A stretch of 64,000 bases of DNA from Sporopachydermia quercuum (taxonomy: Eukaryota): the NCBI GenBank assembly GCA_001599295.1, contig BCGN01000002.1, positions 434,001 to 498,000 of the forward strand. The letters run 5' to 3'. The notes under the pieces are model-generated. The model ran no database searches. It had not been told where the DNA came from and saw nothing but the letters and a program-made list of their open reading frames with translations. Of this stretch, positions 49,763-61,490 are shown in pieces. How positions within the stretch are numbered: position 1 is the first letter of the stretch; each line of letters starts with the position of its first letter. The position numbers were made by a program, and so were the translations under genes.

Positions 49763-51586
49763 TTATTCTTTCTCTTCATCAATATCACCATCTCCTAAAG
49801 TCTTTCTTCTATTATAAACATCCTTGACAAAAGCAGATGCCTTGAAAGCACCATACTTTCTAAACTTCTTGATTATCTCACTTCTCTTGGTTAACACTTC
49901 TTTCTCATCTCCTTCAGTTATCGTTTTCAATTCTTCTTCAACTTCATGTGCTTTCTCGTCATACCATCCTAAACAAAGCTTGAATTTCTTGGATTTGCTT
50001 AAGGAGTTAAGAGGAGCAGACATATTGCTCAATGGAGTTTCAAATCCTTCTCCCTTGCCAAGGTAGACTCCTGCTGTAGATAACCCTTTGAGAATGCCTA
50101 GTTCGCTCGCTTTAAGAGCCCCTCCGACTTCTTTCAAAACATGGCTTCTATAGACTTCTCTCCATTCATCAATAGTAGCTCTTCTAACGCCTGCCCAGCC
50201 AATATTAAAGAAAGTCTCTGGTGATAGGTTCTTTTCTCTGTTGCGGATCACTCGGAAGTCAAGAGACAGTGGATTGATAATTCCCAAGGCCAAAACAGCA
50301 TATATAGCCAGGATCTTGAAAACATGGAAAACACAGAAGAAGATCTGGGTCTTGACTGAATAATCCTGGTAGATTTCCTCTATAATTGCTGATTTCATTT
50401 TATCTAGATTAGGATTGGCAATATAGTCAAGGAATCGAATAGCAGCTTTTAGAACCAATGATGTTGGAGAGTGTCCGGGAGTTGGAGACAAGAAATCAGG
50501 TAAGTCCAGATACAACCAGCCTAAAAGAAAGGTTACAACAGCTAACCAACGAGTGTTATTATAAGCCCAGATAGGTACAATGAGCTGTTCTGGCCAGATA
50601 TAATCAAAGATCTTTCCATCTTGCGGGACAGCTTCTACGTATTTATCCTCATGGGCATCATAGTCGAAAAGTAAGGCACCATTAGGGGTCAAGAAGCCGG
50701 GTTTTTTTGATACTGCGAAGCCGAGAGGCTCTGATTGGTGGAAGAAGGAAGGAGAAAGAGAAAGAGGTAAGCAGGTGAAGATTTTGTGCAGTGATTCAAA
50801 AGTGTCTAAAGATGGTAGTTAGTAGGGAAGACGGTAAAAGATGCGATTGTGGAGAATATGATTATTGTTGTGACATGTGTGATAGGTGCAATGTATGATA
50901 GTTGTGGTTGATGAAATGAGAATGTTTATTTGATCTAGGACTCTATTAGAAGCATTTCTAGCATTAATACTAGCACTTATACTAACACAATTCAGTTCAA
51001 ATCAATTCAATTATCACTTCATAAGATGATCCCCCTGGCATAAATATACAATGGATTTTTGTCAGCATTCATTCTCAATTGTTGAAATTCCAAGACCTGA
51101 TAGAGCCTTCGGAACCATTTGGCTTCAAGGGTGCTAATCGTAGTAGTGGAAATCATTCTTGTGAATTGAATATCAATTAATTGTAAAAATACAAGAACAC
51201 TGATACGAGAACAGGGAGACAAAGTCTTAGAAAAGATACCCACGTAGTCAAATCATGGATATCCATTACTTAGCATGCTTATACTGAAAGTGCAACCAGT
51301 TGGTCAGCCCAGAGGCTTCTTCCCCTTTTGTACTCCATATTCACATTCTCAATGAGTCAATTGACCTAACAAACCAAATCAAATCAATCCAAATAATAAA
51401 ATACTAACCTTTATGGCCAACTACAAAACAGTAATCCTTTTCAAAATCATTATTCATACGAATAAACACATCAACAGTTTTACCGAGAGCAAACACAGCA
51501 TTTCCACTACTAGTAACAGGTTCAGGGTTTTCCTCAACGGTATTCTCCTCTGTTTCAACAGAGTTATTATTTTCTGTTTCAGACAT
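49763..51586 (-). CDS. GSF2: ER membrane protein Gsf2 (2 exons: 51586-51409, 50805-49763)
   Basis: VFIRMNNDFEKDYCF.../DTF...PGFLTPNGALLFDYDA...WPEQLIVP...WLYLDLPDFLSPTPG. The 603-nt intron is GTTAGT...TACTAAC...TAG. The order GSF2-RSE1-AIM32 matches S. cerevisiae. Confidence 0.9.
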
Positions 51587-53187
51587 CCTGTCAATTTTAT
51601 ATGATAGTATTTGCAGTTTGTTGCGATGTCTATTGTATTGTTGCTATAACTGCTCTCTCTGATAGCTTTATCAACGGTATGTATAAATCTACCTGTACAG
51701 ATCAGTCAGCCGAACGACCACTTAAACAATACAATCAATTGGTTACCTTTGACAGAAATTCACTCAATAGCAGCTCACAGCTTAAACAAAAACAATTGAG
51801 TATTTGTTTCCTCCTTACAGTCGTCTGACTGAATTCCTGATATTCACCATGAATAATTGCTGCGCTGTTCACTCTTTTATCAATCATCGAAAAGATGGAA
51901 AGAACAAGTGTACAACACAGTTCATAAGACGGGAGGGATACACACAATCTTTCGCAATGAGAGACAGAATGTCCGGATGGTTTGGGCAAGCTGGTGGCGG
52001 AGATTTTGCACAGGATTGGAACGAAAGGGTCAGGTTGTGGGGATTCTCCAGAAAGAGACTTTTCGCGGGGAGAAAGAAGTATTTTCTTGTTTGCGGACTG
52101 AAGCAGGGTTTAAGAAGCCTGTTGGAGAATTATAGTTGAAATAGAAATGAGACACTTCAGATGGATCAATTAGAAGGGACAAGAATCATATAAGTTGAGT
52201 GAATGTATAAATAAAAAACTGTGAGTAGAAGAAAAGTGTGGGGCGCAGATTATAAACATTGATGAGTAATTGAATTCCTATATAAAAAGATAGATAAAAT
52301 AGCCAGATATATAAGCTATAGAGTGTTTTGGATCACTTCCTCTTGTCGTTCGGGCCAGGAAGGCTGATGGACGGGAATAATCTGACACAGAATTGTCTCA
52401 CATTTCAGATGGCAATAGTACCAGTTAATGGACAACTAAATTGGGGACGTGATAACATAAGATTAACCGAACTTAAATTGTCGGGTACGAAGCGGGTAAA
52501 CAGAGAGATTGCTTCCCTTGTGACAGTTCAAGTCGGGCAGGCACGGCGAATAACTTGGGAATTTAGCTATTGTTGAAGATACTTGTGCAAGGAGATATGA
52601 GATTGGAGACTATTGTTGAAGTTAAATCGAACCTGTCAGGCTGAAGGAGCTATGATATAAAATAATCTCTCTCTACTTTTCGGTGCAATTCCTAAAATTA
52701 CGCTAAATTCTCATTATGGGTAAATATNAGCACAAATAAACCGAAATCCCGTACCCCTGATTTNAGACAATAGTATAATGAGACCCGATGTTCGTAGTAG
52801 TGAAAAACTCCTTCTATACTTGCTCTTCAACTATTATCAGCGAACATACCCAAATGAATTAATAATTGACCACTCAGTCTCATATTTCAAAGCCCATCAA
52901 TACGTTTACTCGTTATTCTGTTCTTTTTTAATTTCCAGAGAGAACAGNTTGTTTGTACAGGCTTCTGCTACAGATTTATTCCGGTATTTATTTTTCTAGT
53001 TTCTGGTTTACGCTAGCAAATAATATACATTCATCAATAGTCACATCAACGTGCAATTGCATTTTATTTTAACTAAGATTTGCCATCCGAAGACTAGGAG
53101 GACATTTTTATAGTATAGAGGGGCTGTGGGTTACTGGATTTCGATTATACATACATACAAACCGGTAGGTGGCTCGTCGTTTCAACA

Positions 53188-56100
53188 ATGCATTTGTATT
53201 CCCTAACATTAAAACCATCCTCTTCAACCTCACAAGCTGTGACTGTTCAATTGATTTCAAAAAAGTCACAGGAGCTTCTTTTGGCACATGGCCAGTTTTT
53301 ATCGCTATACAAACTCGACTCAGACAATAACCAACTAATAAAGCTTCTGACATTCAACACATATGCTGAGGTGAGACACATATCTGGGTTCCGGATCTAT
53401 GGTTCTGATTTGGACTTGGTGCTGGTTACCTCAGACTCAGGAAAGCTAGCTGTGCTTCAATATGATGTGAAAAATAACGCATTTCTGAAAATCCACCTTG
53501 AAACGTTTGGTAAAACAGGTGTAAGAAGAACTGTCCCCGGACAGTACCTAGCGGTAGACCTTAAAGGCAGAGCCTGCTTGATAGCGTCTGTAGAAAAGAA
53601 TAAGCTAGTGTATGTTTTAAATAGGGATACCAATGGGAAAATAACAATATCATCTCCTTTAGAGGCTCATAGACCTAGAACTCTGGTTTATACTATTATT
53701 GGGTTGGATGTGGACTATGATAACCCATTATTTGCTGCTATAGAGACTGATTACAATGATAGTAACAAAACTAGCTCTACTGCTGGTAAAAAACACTTGG
53801 TGTACTATGAACTTGATCTGGGACTAAATCATGTTGTTAGGAAATCTAGTGAGGTAATACCTGACACTTCTAATTACTTGCTATACGTTCCAGGAAGTGT
53901 GATCAATCGTCAGAAATCCAACAAGGCTTTCCCCGGAGGAGTCCTGGTGTGCTCTAAAGGGTTTATTTCCTACTATAAATTGGGATCTAACAGTAAGTTA
54001 CGGATGAGAGTACCGATTCCCAGGAGGTTTGGTACAACTGACAGTTTTATCGTCACTGGAGCTGTCCACATCCTTGCAGATTCGTTTTTCTTCCTGCTGC
54101 AGAACGAGTATGGTGACCTGATCAAACTCACAATGGAAATCGAAGGAGAAGAAGCGGTTGAGATGACCACTTGCTATTTTGATACTGTTCCCCAGGCTGT
54201 AAACCTTAACATTCTGAAAGCCGGCTACCTCTTCATTCCAACTGAAGGAGGTTCCAGTATGCTGTATCAGTTCGAAAGATTGGACCCAGAAAATGCTTTA
54301 ACGTTTTCTTCCGATGATTTTTCTCTTTTCCAAAAGGAATTCTTTCAACAATGCTTTTTCAATCCTTCCGAATTAACAAATCTATCACTAGTAAGTAGTG
54401 TGCCTAACCTAACACCTTTAACGGATAGCTGTATGTCTCACGGGGCATATACAGACATTCCTGAACTTTTGACAGTCTCGGGGAAATCATCGCAAGCTAT
54501 GTTTTCCGTTGTTCGAAATGCACTCCCGAGTTCATTATTAGCATCTTCCGAACTTCCTGGCTATCCAACTGGGGTTTTCACTACTAAGAAAAGCTCCAGT
54601 GACTTATTTGACCAATACATAGTATTATCTTTCACTCATGCTACATTAGTACTGTCTGTGGGAGAATCAGTTGAAGAAGTGTCCGATTCAGGTTTAGATA
54701 CTACTCTGGAAACGATTGGGTTATGGCAGATGGGACACTCAAGCCTAGTTCAAGTCCATAGTAACGCTATAAGACAGGTTAGCGCGAATACGGGACAGTA
54801 CAATGAATGGATCCCAAGCAAAGGCAATAGAATCGTAGCGGCATCAGGAAATTCTCAACAATTAGTTATTGCTTTGTCCAACAGAGAAATCATATATTTT
54901 GAAATAGATGATGAGTCCAACTTGAATGAGCTTTCTACCCATAAGACACTGTCCAGTAACGTGAATTGTTTATCCTTGGGCGATGTGCCATCTGGAAAGC
55001 TGAGATCAGAATCCCTGGTTATTGGTTCTGATGATTTAACTATTAGAGTGTTATCTTTGGCTCCTGAAGATCCTTTAGAGACTCTAAGTGTTCAAAGCTT
55101 ATCGGCAGCACCTAGCGATGTGCGAATATTGTCCATGATTGATCCACTTACTGGCACCAGTTCAAATTATGTCCACATAGGGATGGTCAATGGGTTATAT
55201 GTCCGAACAAGTATTGATACTCAGAACGGGACACTCAGTGATACTAGAACGAAATTTCTTGGTCCCAAAGCTATTCGATTCTCTGATGCTGTAGTTAGAG
55301 GTCGAAAAGTGTTGATAGCATTATGTAGTAAGACCTGGTTGGGTTATATCAACGAGGTTACAGGAGTCTATGAATTATCACCATTGGACAAGCCAAAAGA
55401 TCAGGAAGCAGAGGATTCAGAAGAGACAGAAAACGGAGATGGATCAGAAGAGAATGAGAATAGCGCTTTGGTATCTACATCATCAATAGTTAATAATCAT
55501 TATTCAACACTATCTTTTGCTACATCTTTTACGTCTGAAGATTGTCCGGAAGGTATCATTGGTATTAATGGCGCTGAACTGGAAATAATAAGCTTTCCTT
55601 CTTTAGCGGACAATATCTCCATCAACAGTTTACCTTTACGCTACACACCTAGAAGAATCACCACGAGAACTGTGGTTGACTCAGAAGGAAACGAAACAGT
55701 GGTTGCTTATTGTATCCAGAGCGATAATAACACAGTGTCTCCTTACAGTTCAAGCAATGTGCTCATTGATAGTAAGGAAAGCAGTCATAGAGGCTATACA
55801 AGAAAACAAGGCTCGTGGGCTTCTTGTATCCAAGTAATTGACGTTAGTAATAAGAAAATATTTCAAACGATAGAATTTGATGATAATGAAGCAGCATTCT
55901 TGATGGCTGAGTGTGAATTTACTAGTTCTAATAACAGCTCTGACAGCAGCAGAAGCTCTTACCTAGTAATAGGAACAGCTAAGAACCAAACAATACTACC
56001 AATGACCAGCTCACAGGCCTTTCTGAGGGTGTATAAATACAGCCACAACTCCAGATTACAACTTGTACATATAACAGAAATACCAAGTACTCCAACAGCT

Positions 56101-56916
56101 ATGATTGCTTTCCAAGGGAAGCTCTTAATAGCTATTGGCAATATACTAAGAGTATATGACTTAGGATTGAAACAACTGCTGAGGAAAACAGAAACTGTCG
56201 TTGAAAATTTAGAAGCTATTGTCAGAATGGATTCTCAAGGCTCGAGAGTTGTTGTTGGTGATAACAGAGAGTCTGTTGNGTATTTAGTATACAAGCCAAA
56301 AACTAACACGTTTATTCCATTCTGTGATGATGTCATCCAGCGACATACAACAGGATTGACTATGCTAGACTATGAAACAGTTGCTGGCGGAGATAAATTT
56401 GGTAATTTCTGGATTCTACGGTGTAATGCCCAAGCATCAAATGATTCTGATTATGATAGTCATGGTAGTTTTATTACCAATAAACCAGGATATTTGAATG
56501 GATCCCCATATAGAGTGGATTTGGTTGCAGCTTTCCATACTGGCGATATACCTATTGGAATCCATAAAACGTTTCTGGTAGCAGGTGGTGATGAAGTAAT
56601 ATTATGGACAGGGCTTCAAGGAACCTTGGGTGTATTTATTCCGTTCAAGAGTAAAGAGGACATATTGTTTTTCAATCAACTGCAACCAGAGCTTCGTGAA
56701 GCAGCGTTTGAAGATGAGTTAGGCTTATTAGGAAGAGACCAGTTGAGTTATAGAGGAGCTTATGAACCAGTAAAGAATGTGATTGACGGTGATTTATGTG
56801 AAGGTTTTGGTAGATGTTCACTAGTCAGGAAAATGGATATAGCAAAGAAGCTGGATAGAAGTGTTGCTGAGATTGAGAAGAAGATAATGGAAATGAGAAC
56901 AAGAAATGCATACTAA
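53188..56916 (+). CDS. RSE1: U2 snRNP SF3b subunit Rse1 (SF3B3)
   Basis: MHLYSLTL, ETFGKTGVRRTVPGQYLAVD, YYELDLGLNHVVRK and PVKNVIDGDLCE motifs. Confidence 0.97.
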   Translation: MHLYSLTLKPSSSTSQAVTVQLISKKSQELLLAHGQFLSLYKLDSDNNQLIKLLTFNTYAEVRHISGFRIYGSDLDLVLVTSDSGKLAVLQYDVKNNAFLKIHLETFGKTGVRRTVPGQYLAVDLKGRACLIASVEKNKLVYVLNRDTNGKITISSPLEAHRPRTLVYTIIGLDVDYDNPLFAAIETDYNDSNKTSSTAGKKHLVYYELDLGLNHVVRKSSEVIPDTSNYLLYVPGSVINRQKSNKAFPGGVLVCSKGFISYYKLGSNSKLRMRVPIPRRFGTTDSFIVTGAVHILADSFFFLLQNEYGDLIKLTMEIEGEEAVEMTTCYFDTVPQAVNLNILKAGYLFIPTEGGSSMLYQFERLDPENALTFSSDDFSLFQKEFFQQCFFNPSELTNLSLVSSVPNLTPLTDSCMSHGAYTDIPELLTVSGKSSQAMFSVVRNALPSSLLASSELPGYPTGVFTTKKSSSDLFDQYIVLSFTHATLVLSVGESVEEVSDSGLDTTLETIGLWQMGHSSLVQVHSNAIRQVSANTGQYNEWIPSKGNRIVAASGNSQQLVIALSNREIIYFEIDDESNLNELSTHKTLSSNVNCLSLGDVPSGKLRSESLVIGSDDLTIRVLSLAPEDPLETLSVQSLSAAPSDVRILSMIDPLTGTSSNYVHIGMVNGLYVRTSIDTQNGTLSDTRTKFLGPKAIRFSDAVVRGRKVLIALCSKTWLGYINEVTGVYELSPLDKPKDQEAEDSEETENGDGSEENENSALVSTSSIVNNHYSTLSFATSFTSEDCPEGIIGINGAELEIISFPSLADNISINSLPLRYTPRRITTRTVVDSEGNETVVAYCIQSDNNTVSPYSSSNVLIDSKESSHRGYTRKQGSWASCIQVIDVSNKKIFQTIEFDDNEAAFLMAECEFTSSNNSSDSSRSSYLVIGTAKNQTILPMTSSQAFLRVYKYSHNSRLQLVHITEIPSTPTAMIAFQGKLLIAIGNILRVYDLGLKQLLRKTETVVENLEAIVRMDSQGSRVVVGDNRESVXYLVYKPKTNTFIPFCDDVIQRHTTGLTMLDYETVAGGDKFGNFWILRCNAQASNDSDYDSHGSFITNKPGYLNGSPYRVDLVAAFHTGDIPIGIHKTFLVAGGDEVILWTGLQGTLGVFIPFKSKEDILFFNQLQPELREAAFEDELGLLGRDQLSYRGAYEPVKNVIDGDLCEGFGRCSLVRKMDIAKKLDRSVAEIEKKIMEMRTRNAY

Positions 56917-58278
56917 TGTGAGTTTCTGCTGATTTACTTTCTTTGTTTCTTGCGACACAGTTAGCATTGAGCGCGTAAGAATATAAGATAAGCACTTAAC
57001 AGCGAAAGCCACTGATAGAGTCCACATTTGCATTGAGCTGGAACGTACTAGAAGTGAATATACAGCAAGGAAATACTCACACTATAACGTACAATTCATC
57101 AATAGGATTGTTATCAGAGTTGATTATGATAATGATAATATTATAATAATAATATTATCTATGAAAAATGAACTGACCTTTATTTATTCACTTTCTCTAT
57201 TGATCCCGAACGGCACTCAGTAATGGACGATTATAACTGATTACGTGATCACAAAAGTGTTCATGAAACAGTATAGTTTCCGAAATTTCATTTTCTTCTC
57301 TTTGACATCGTTTCCTTTTTAGAGAAATCTAATGGCTTATTAGCCATTTATTAGATGATGATGAACTATCAGGAACAGTGTTGAGGATTCTGGCTACTAT
57401 AAAACTTGTAAAGACTTGTGCTGATTGTGCTATCAAAAGGAAGATGGTTTAGTTTCAACATCAACATACGGAGCTGATATTGATTGAAGAGCAATTATCA
57501 ATCCAGCAAAGATAAGCCATTGCAAAAAGAGAAACAAAGAGAAGCTCTAAAGCTGTTGAATTGAATGATACCAATCATTGAGGTGGCTTTTTGATTTGCC
57601 TATAAAGATAATGAATCGGAAAGCTCGTATTGTCTAAAGGTTTATCTTCTATGTATTTTTCAATACGTTTGCGCTATGGTTGTTGCACGTATTGAACAGA
57701 ACGAAACAAAATTGCTAGAGAGAGCATTAATCCAACTTTTGTCATTTATCCAGTAAATATCCATCACTTATTCGACATTTATCCTGTATACAAAAATGTG
57801 ATGATGAAGATAATGGGTAGGAATATTCACTATGAATTATTTATCACAATATACTTCTACCACTAGTATTAGTGTGAACTACCATGCATCCTAGACAGGC
57901 TGTACTATACATAACTACAATTTGTAATTAAATAGCAGTTAGACAGGTAATAGAAAGACTTCCATAGAAATTTCAATCAAACTACTAGAACAAATTAATG
58001 GTCAGGGATCTACTGTAGGATTCTGATATAGCTTTATAACATATTATGTGCCTTTGCCTAACTGTATTAACGGTATTTATTCGCTGTTCCGGGCAATTGG
58101 ATGCTTGAGCATTAAAATGAACTCGGATCTGACAAAAATAACCTTGTAGGCAAAGCATATATATACATGAGCTTATGATAGATGTTAGTCTTTTAGATAT
58201 GCTAATCTATCCAAATCTATCCAACATATCTAATCAACTTCCTATTATAACATCTTCAATTCATCATCAGACCGATTT

Positions 58279-59879
58279 TTAGATATTACCCTTCGCTTGA
58301 ATTCCACGTAATAACTGTTTAATCAATACTTTATTTTCGACAGTTTGTTCAACAATGCCTTGAATGTGTAAAGGCTTCACTCTTCCATACCAAATTCCAA
58401 CACCATTAGTATCGAAATAAATTATGTTTCCAGCAAACTGAAGATTTCATTAGTATTCAGACTTTCATTGAAATGAAGTAAATCAATGATCTATTTCACT
58501 GACTGGAATTAGTAAGAGTTCAAATAATAAAATATACATACCATATGACCTGATAAATGAGATCCAAGCACTACTCTTATACCATTCTTATGTTCATTCC
58601 ATAGTATTCCTTTCTCTTGTAGAACCTTTTCCAGTTCGGCTTTCAATAAAGGACCTGCAATTCCACAACGAATATCTCTTGACCCATGACTACATATCAG
58701 TATCATCCCGTTGTTGTTGATAGGTTCGGGTTTATACATTTGTTTCAATCTATTGATATCCTCTATTGATAAGCCAGGAAAATCTTTTTCATAGTTTGAT
58801 TCAGGTTTTAGAAACAGTTTCATGAATTGAATAATAGATTCTTGATCGTTTGGAATATTGTTGATGAATATGTTATCAGGATAAATAACACCTGAAGTTT
58901 TGCTTGATTTGGAAGGAGTGTCTATAGCTGTGATAGCAACAGGTGCAGTGTTCTAAGAGTGTTAGTAGCGGTAGAGAGAGCCAATCGTCAGGAAGACGGT
59001 GAGGAGAAAGAGAATCAATACTGATGATATGAGATTTATTGACAGTGATTTTGTTGATTGTATTAGTAGTGATAGGAAGGTTGAATTGTATGTTGTGGAA
59101 GACATAAAGCATTTCTTGCTTATAGAATAAAGATATTAGGAATCTACTTGGAAAAAGTTAGTTTGATTCCAGTAGTACAATATCAATGTGCTTATTATTA
59201 GTAGCAATGTTTCTTGAATCAGCGATAAAGTACTCTCTGTTTAGAATCCCTATGGTGTCACTTTGTTCAGTTATACATTACCAGATTATTATTACCGTTG
59301 AACCTATTTCCACTGTTTTGCCTAATTGTTATCCTTTGTTATCTTACCTTTCTTTATTTCTGTCACATTCTACACAATCACCGTGATAAATTCATCCTTC
59401 AACTCTCATCTTATCAACTCATTCGATATTTCAATCTCAGGCTCAAATATACCTCTAAATATACTTACATCTAACACTTTTCGTTTTAAAGAACTCATCG
59501 TACCAATAATAGAACCAGGGATCAGTTCCACTTTATTCGGCCAGTTAGACGTCCCAGAATGTATGATTAAATGTTTGTACAATGGGCCAATACTTCCATT
59601 CAATTCAACATTGTAGTTGATTGGAAACTCAGCTGGGTACTCTGGTTCGCAGTATGTACAGCCTGTATCATGAGACGGCAGTTGGCACTCTTCTGTCATG
59701 GTGTATCCTATTGATGATATGGACACGTTACGAGTTGGGATTCGTATGTGAATGCGCTGGATGTTCATGNTGTGGCCGAAGTTACTGGAAAAGGTTCTAT
59801 TTATGCTGTTGGTGATGTTATTGGATAAATAGTTCCATCTTAGGCNTGTTCGCAATGCTTTGGATTTTGATCTGAACAT
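58279..59879 (-). CDS. AIM32: Aim32-like thioredoxin-like 2Fe-2S ferredoxin (3 exons: 59879-59469, 58952-58542, 58437-58279)
   Basis: Basic presequence, DTGCTYC, ILICSHGSRDIRCG, SHLSGHM/FAGNII and GIWYGRVKP. Both introns are phase 0 with TACTAAC or TACTAAT branch points. Confidence 0.88.
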
Positions 59880-61089
59880 TGTGACGATAAATAATATACT
59901 GTGTGGAAATTATGCAAATAAACGAATGATTCGAGTATCTTTTCTAGTTATTTAAATATGCTGCAAGATGCTGAAAATCTAATAGCCCAGGCGTAGTCGT
60001 ATTCACTTCAATGATCTGTGATAGTGTAGTTAGTAGGAATAGATGCTTGCACTACTTTTCTTTTCTCTTTCTCTTTTTTCTTTCCTCATTTTTTATTCTA
60101 TTTATATATATCATGAAGTGCCTTTCCTTTTTCTCTCATCAGTCTCTTCTATAATTATTGTTTATTAATATTCTGCTCATATGGACATTTCCATTCAATC
60201 TCGACTATTCGACCGTCTATAACCTGAGTTTTATAGTATTGTTCTCTTACTCATAATCTGATCTGATATCAGTTAATCTTTTTCTACGCCCGTGCTTATT
60301 TAACTTTATATTGACGAATTATTGAATATTCATATTGGATTACACAGCTTCGTTGCTTGAAGGTAGAGACTGTTCCGGTGAGTTATAGTTTGGAGAATCT
60401 GCGTGTTTATGTATGTACAAATGTAAGTATATGCCGAGTGGAAATCTTGTTCTGCTTATGAGATNTAGTAAGATTTGGAATAAGATTGAATTTTTATGGT
60501 CTTTTTCGTTGAGAATTAGAGGATAATAGTGAGATGTGTGTAATTGAATTTTTGTCTCGTATGAGTTATCTGATAGCACTTTCAACTGGATTATTGAGAC
60601 CCATCATAGAGTTGTTCCTGTAAGTGGTACTTGTTTATAGGCAATGTGCATGAAGGTACATCAATTCTGCAGGAGGAGGATTTTCGGACTTAAGTGTTAC
60701 ATGATATTCCTGAATTTCCCTACCTCACAAAACCCCGGAGATAGTATTGTTCTTACTGGAATTTCAGGGCTACTAGAAATCTTGATTTGCATAACGTAGA
60801 TCATTCTTCATTTAACTGCGATGTGAAATTCTTAAATGGATGACATTCTTAGGTTTCACATGCATATGAAAAGGTAGTACTCATGAAATGTACTGAAGGA
60901 TTGATGAATATAAATTAAAGAGAAGAAATAACAATGACGGCAACTGATAAACCGACGTACATATTGAGCTAATAAAGATTTAAAATTCCCCGCTGATTTC
61001 AACTAGAACATATGATGAAAATAAGAACTTGCAAACACTACTATTGATGTATAAACGAAAGAGAGTTTCCACTTCCACTGTTTAACAGC

Positions 61090-61163
61090 GGTTCGATGGT
61101 CTAGTTGGTCATGGCATCTGCTTAACACGCAGAACGTCCCCAGTTCGATCCTGGGTCGAATCA
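61090..61163 (+). tRNA. tRNA-Val(AAC)
   Basis: Acceptor stem GGTTCGA/TCGAATC, anticodon arm TCTGC-TTAACAC-GCAGA, T arm CCCAG-TTCGATC-CTGGG, then T-runs consistent with a Pol III terminator. Confidence 0.97.
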
Positions 61164-61490
61164 TTGTTTTATTTTTTCTTATTTTTATTCCTTTTTGCTA
61201 TTATTTTTCTCCTAAATGGCTTACAATGGTCAGGTGGAATTTAAATTTATTCCTTCCTTACTGAAAGTGCCAGCGAATCATACAACTTTTCGGCAACTTG
61301 TCTGACAGACCGACTCGAATATATCGAGCGACTAGTGCCGGAAAACAGTAAATCCACTCATAGAATATGGGACTGTAATTAACTTGTTATTAATTTTTAT
61401 AATCCAATTGAAACGTACTGCCATCAGCAATACAACATCCTAAACAAATATAACATTTATATTAATAAACTATACGTAAATTCAACTCAT

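Noticed and set aside
766..56916. Possible CUG codon reassignment (Ser or Ala)
   Set aside because: CTG occupies conserved Leu positions: Cdc5 KLLSEI, Rse1 GGVLVC and Rse1 KQLLRK.
57356..57424. ATGATGA...CTGA resembling a C/D snoRNA; CAGGAAC and GCTACTA are also complementary to 25S around GCUGGUUCC
   Set aside because: There is no terminal stem and no guide of 10 nt or more. For the H/ACA reading there is no lower stem or correctly placed box. Probably chance.
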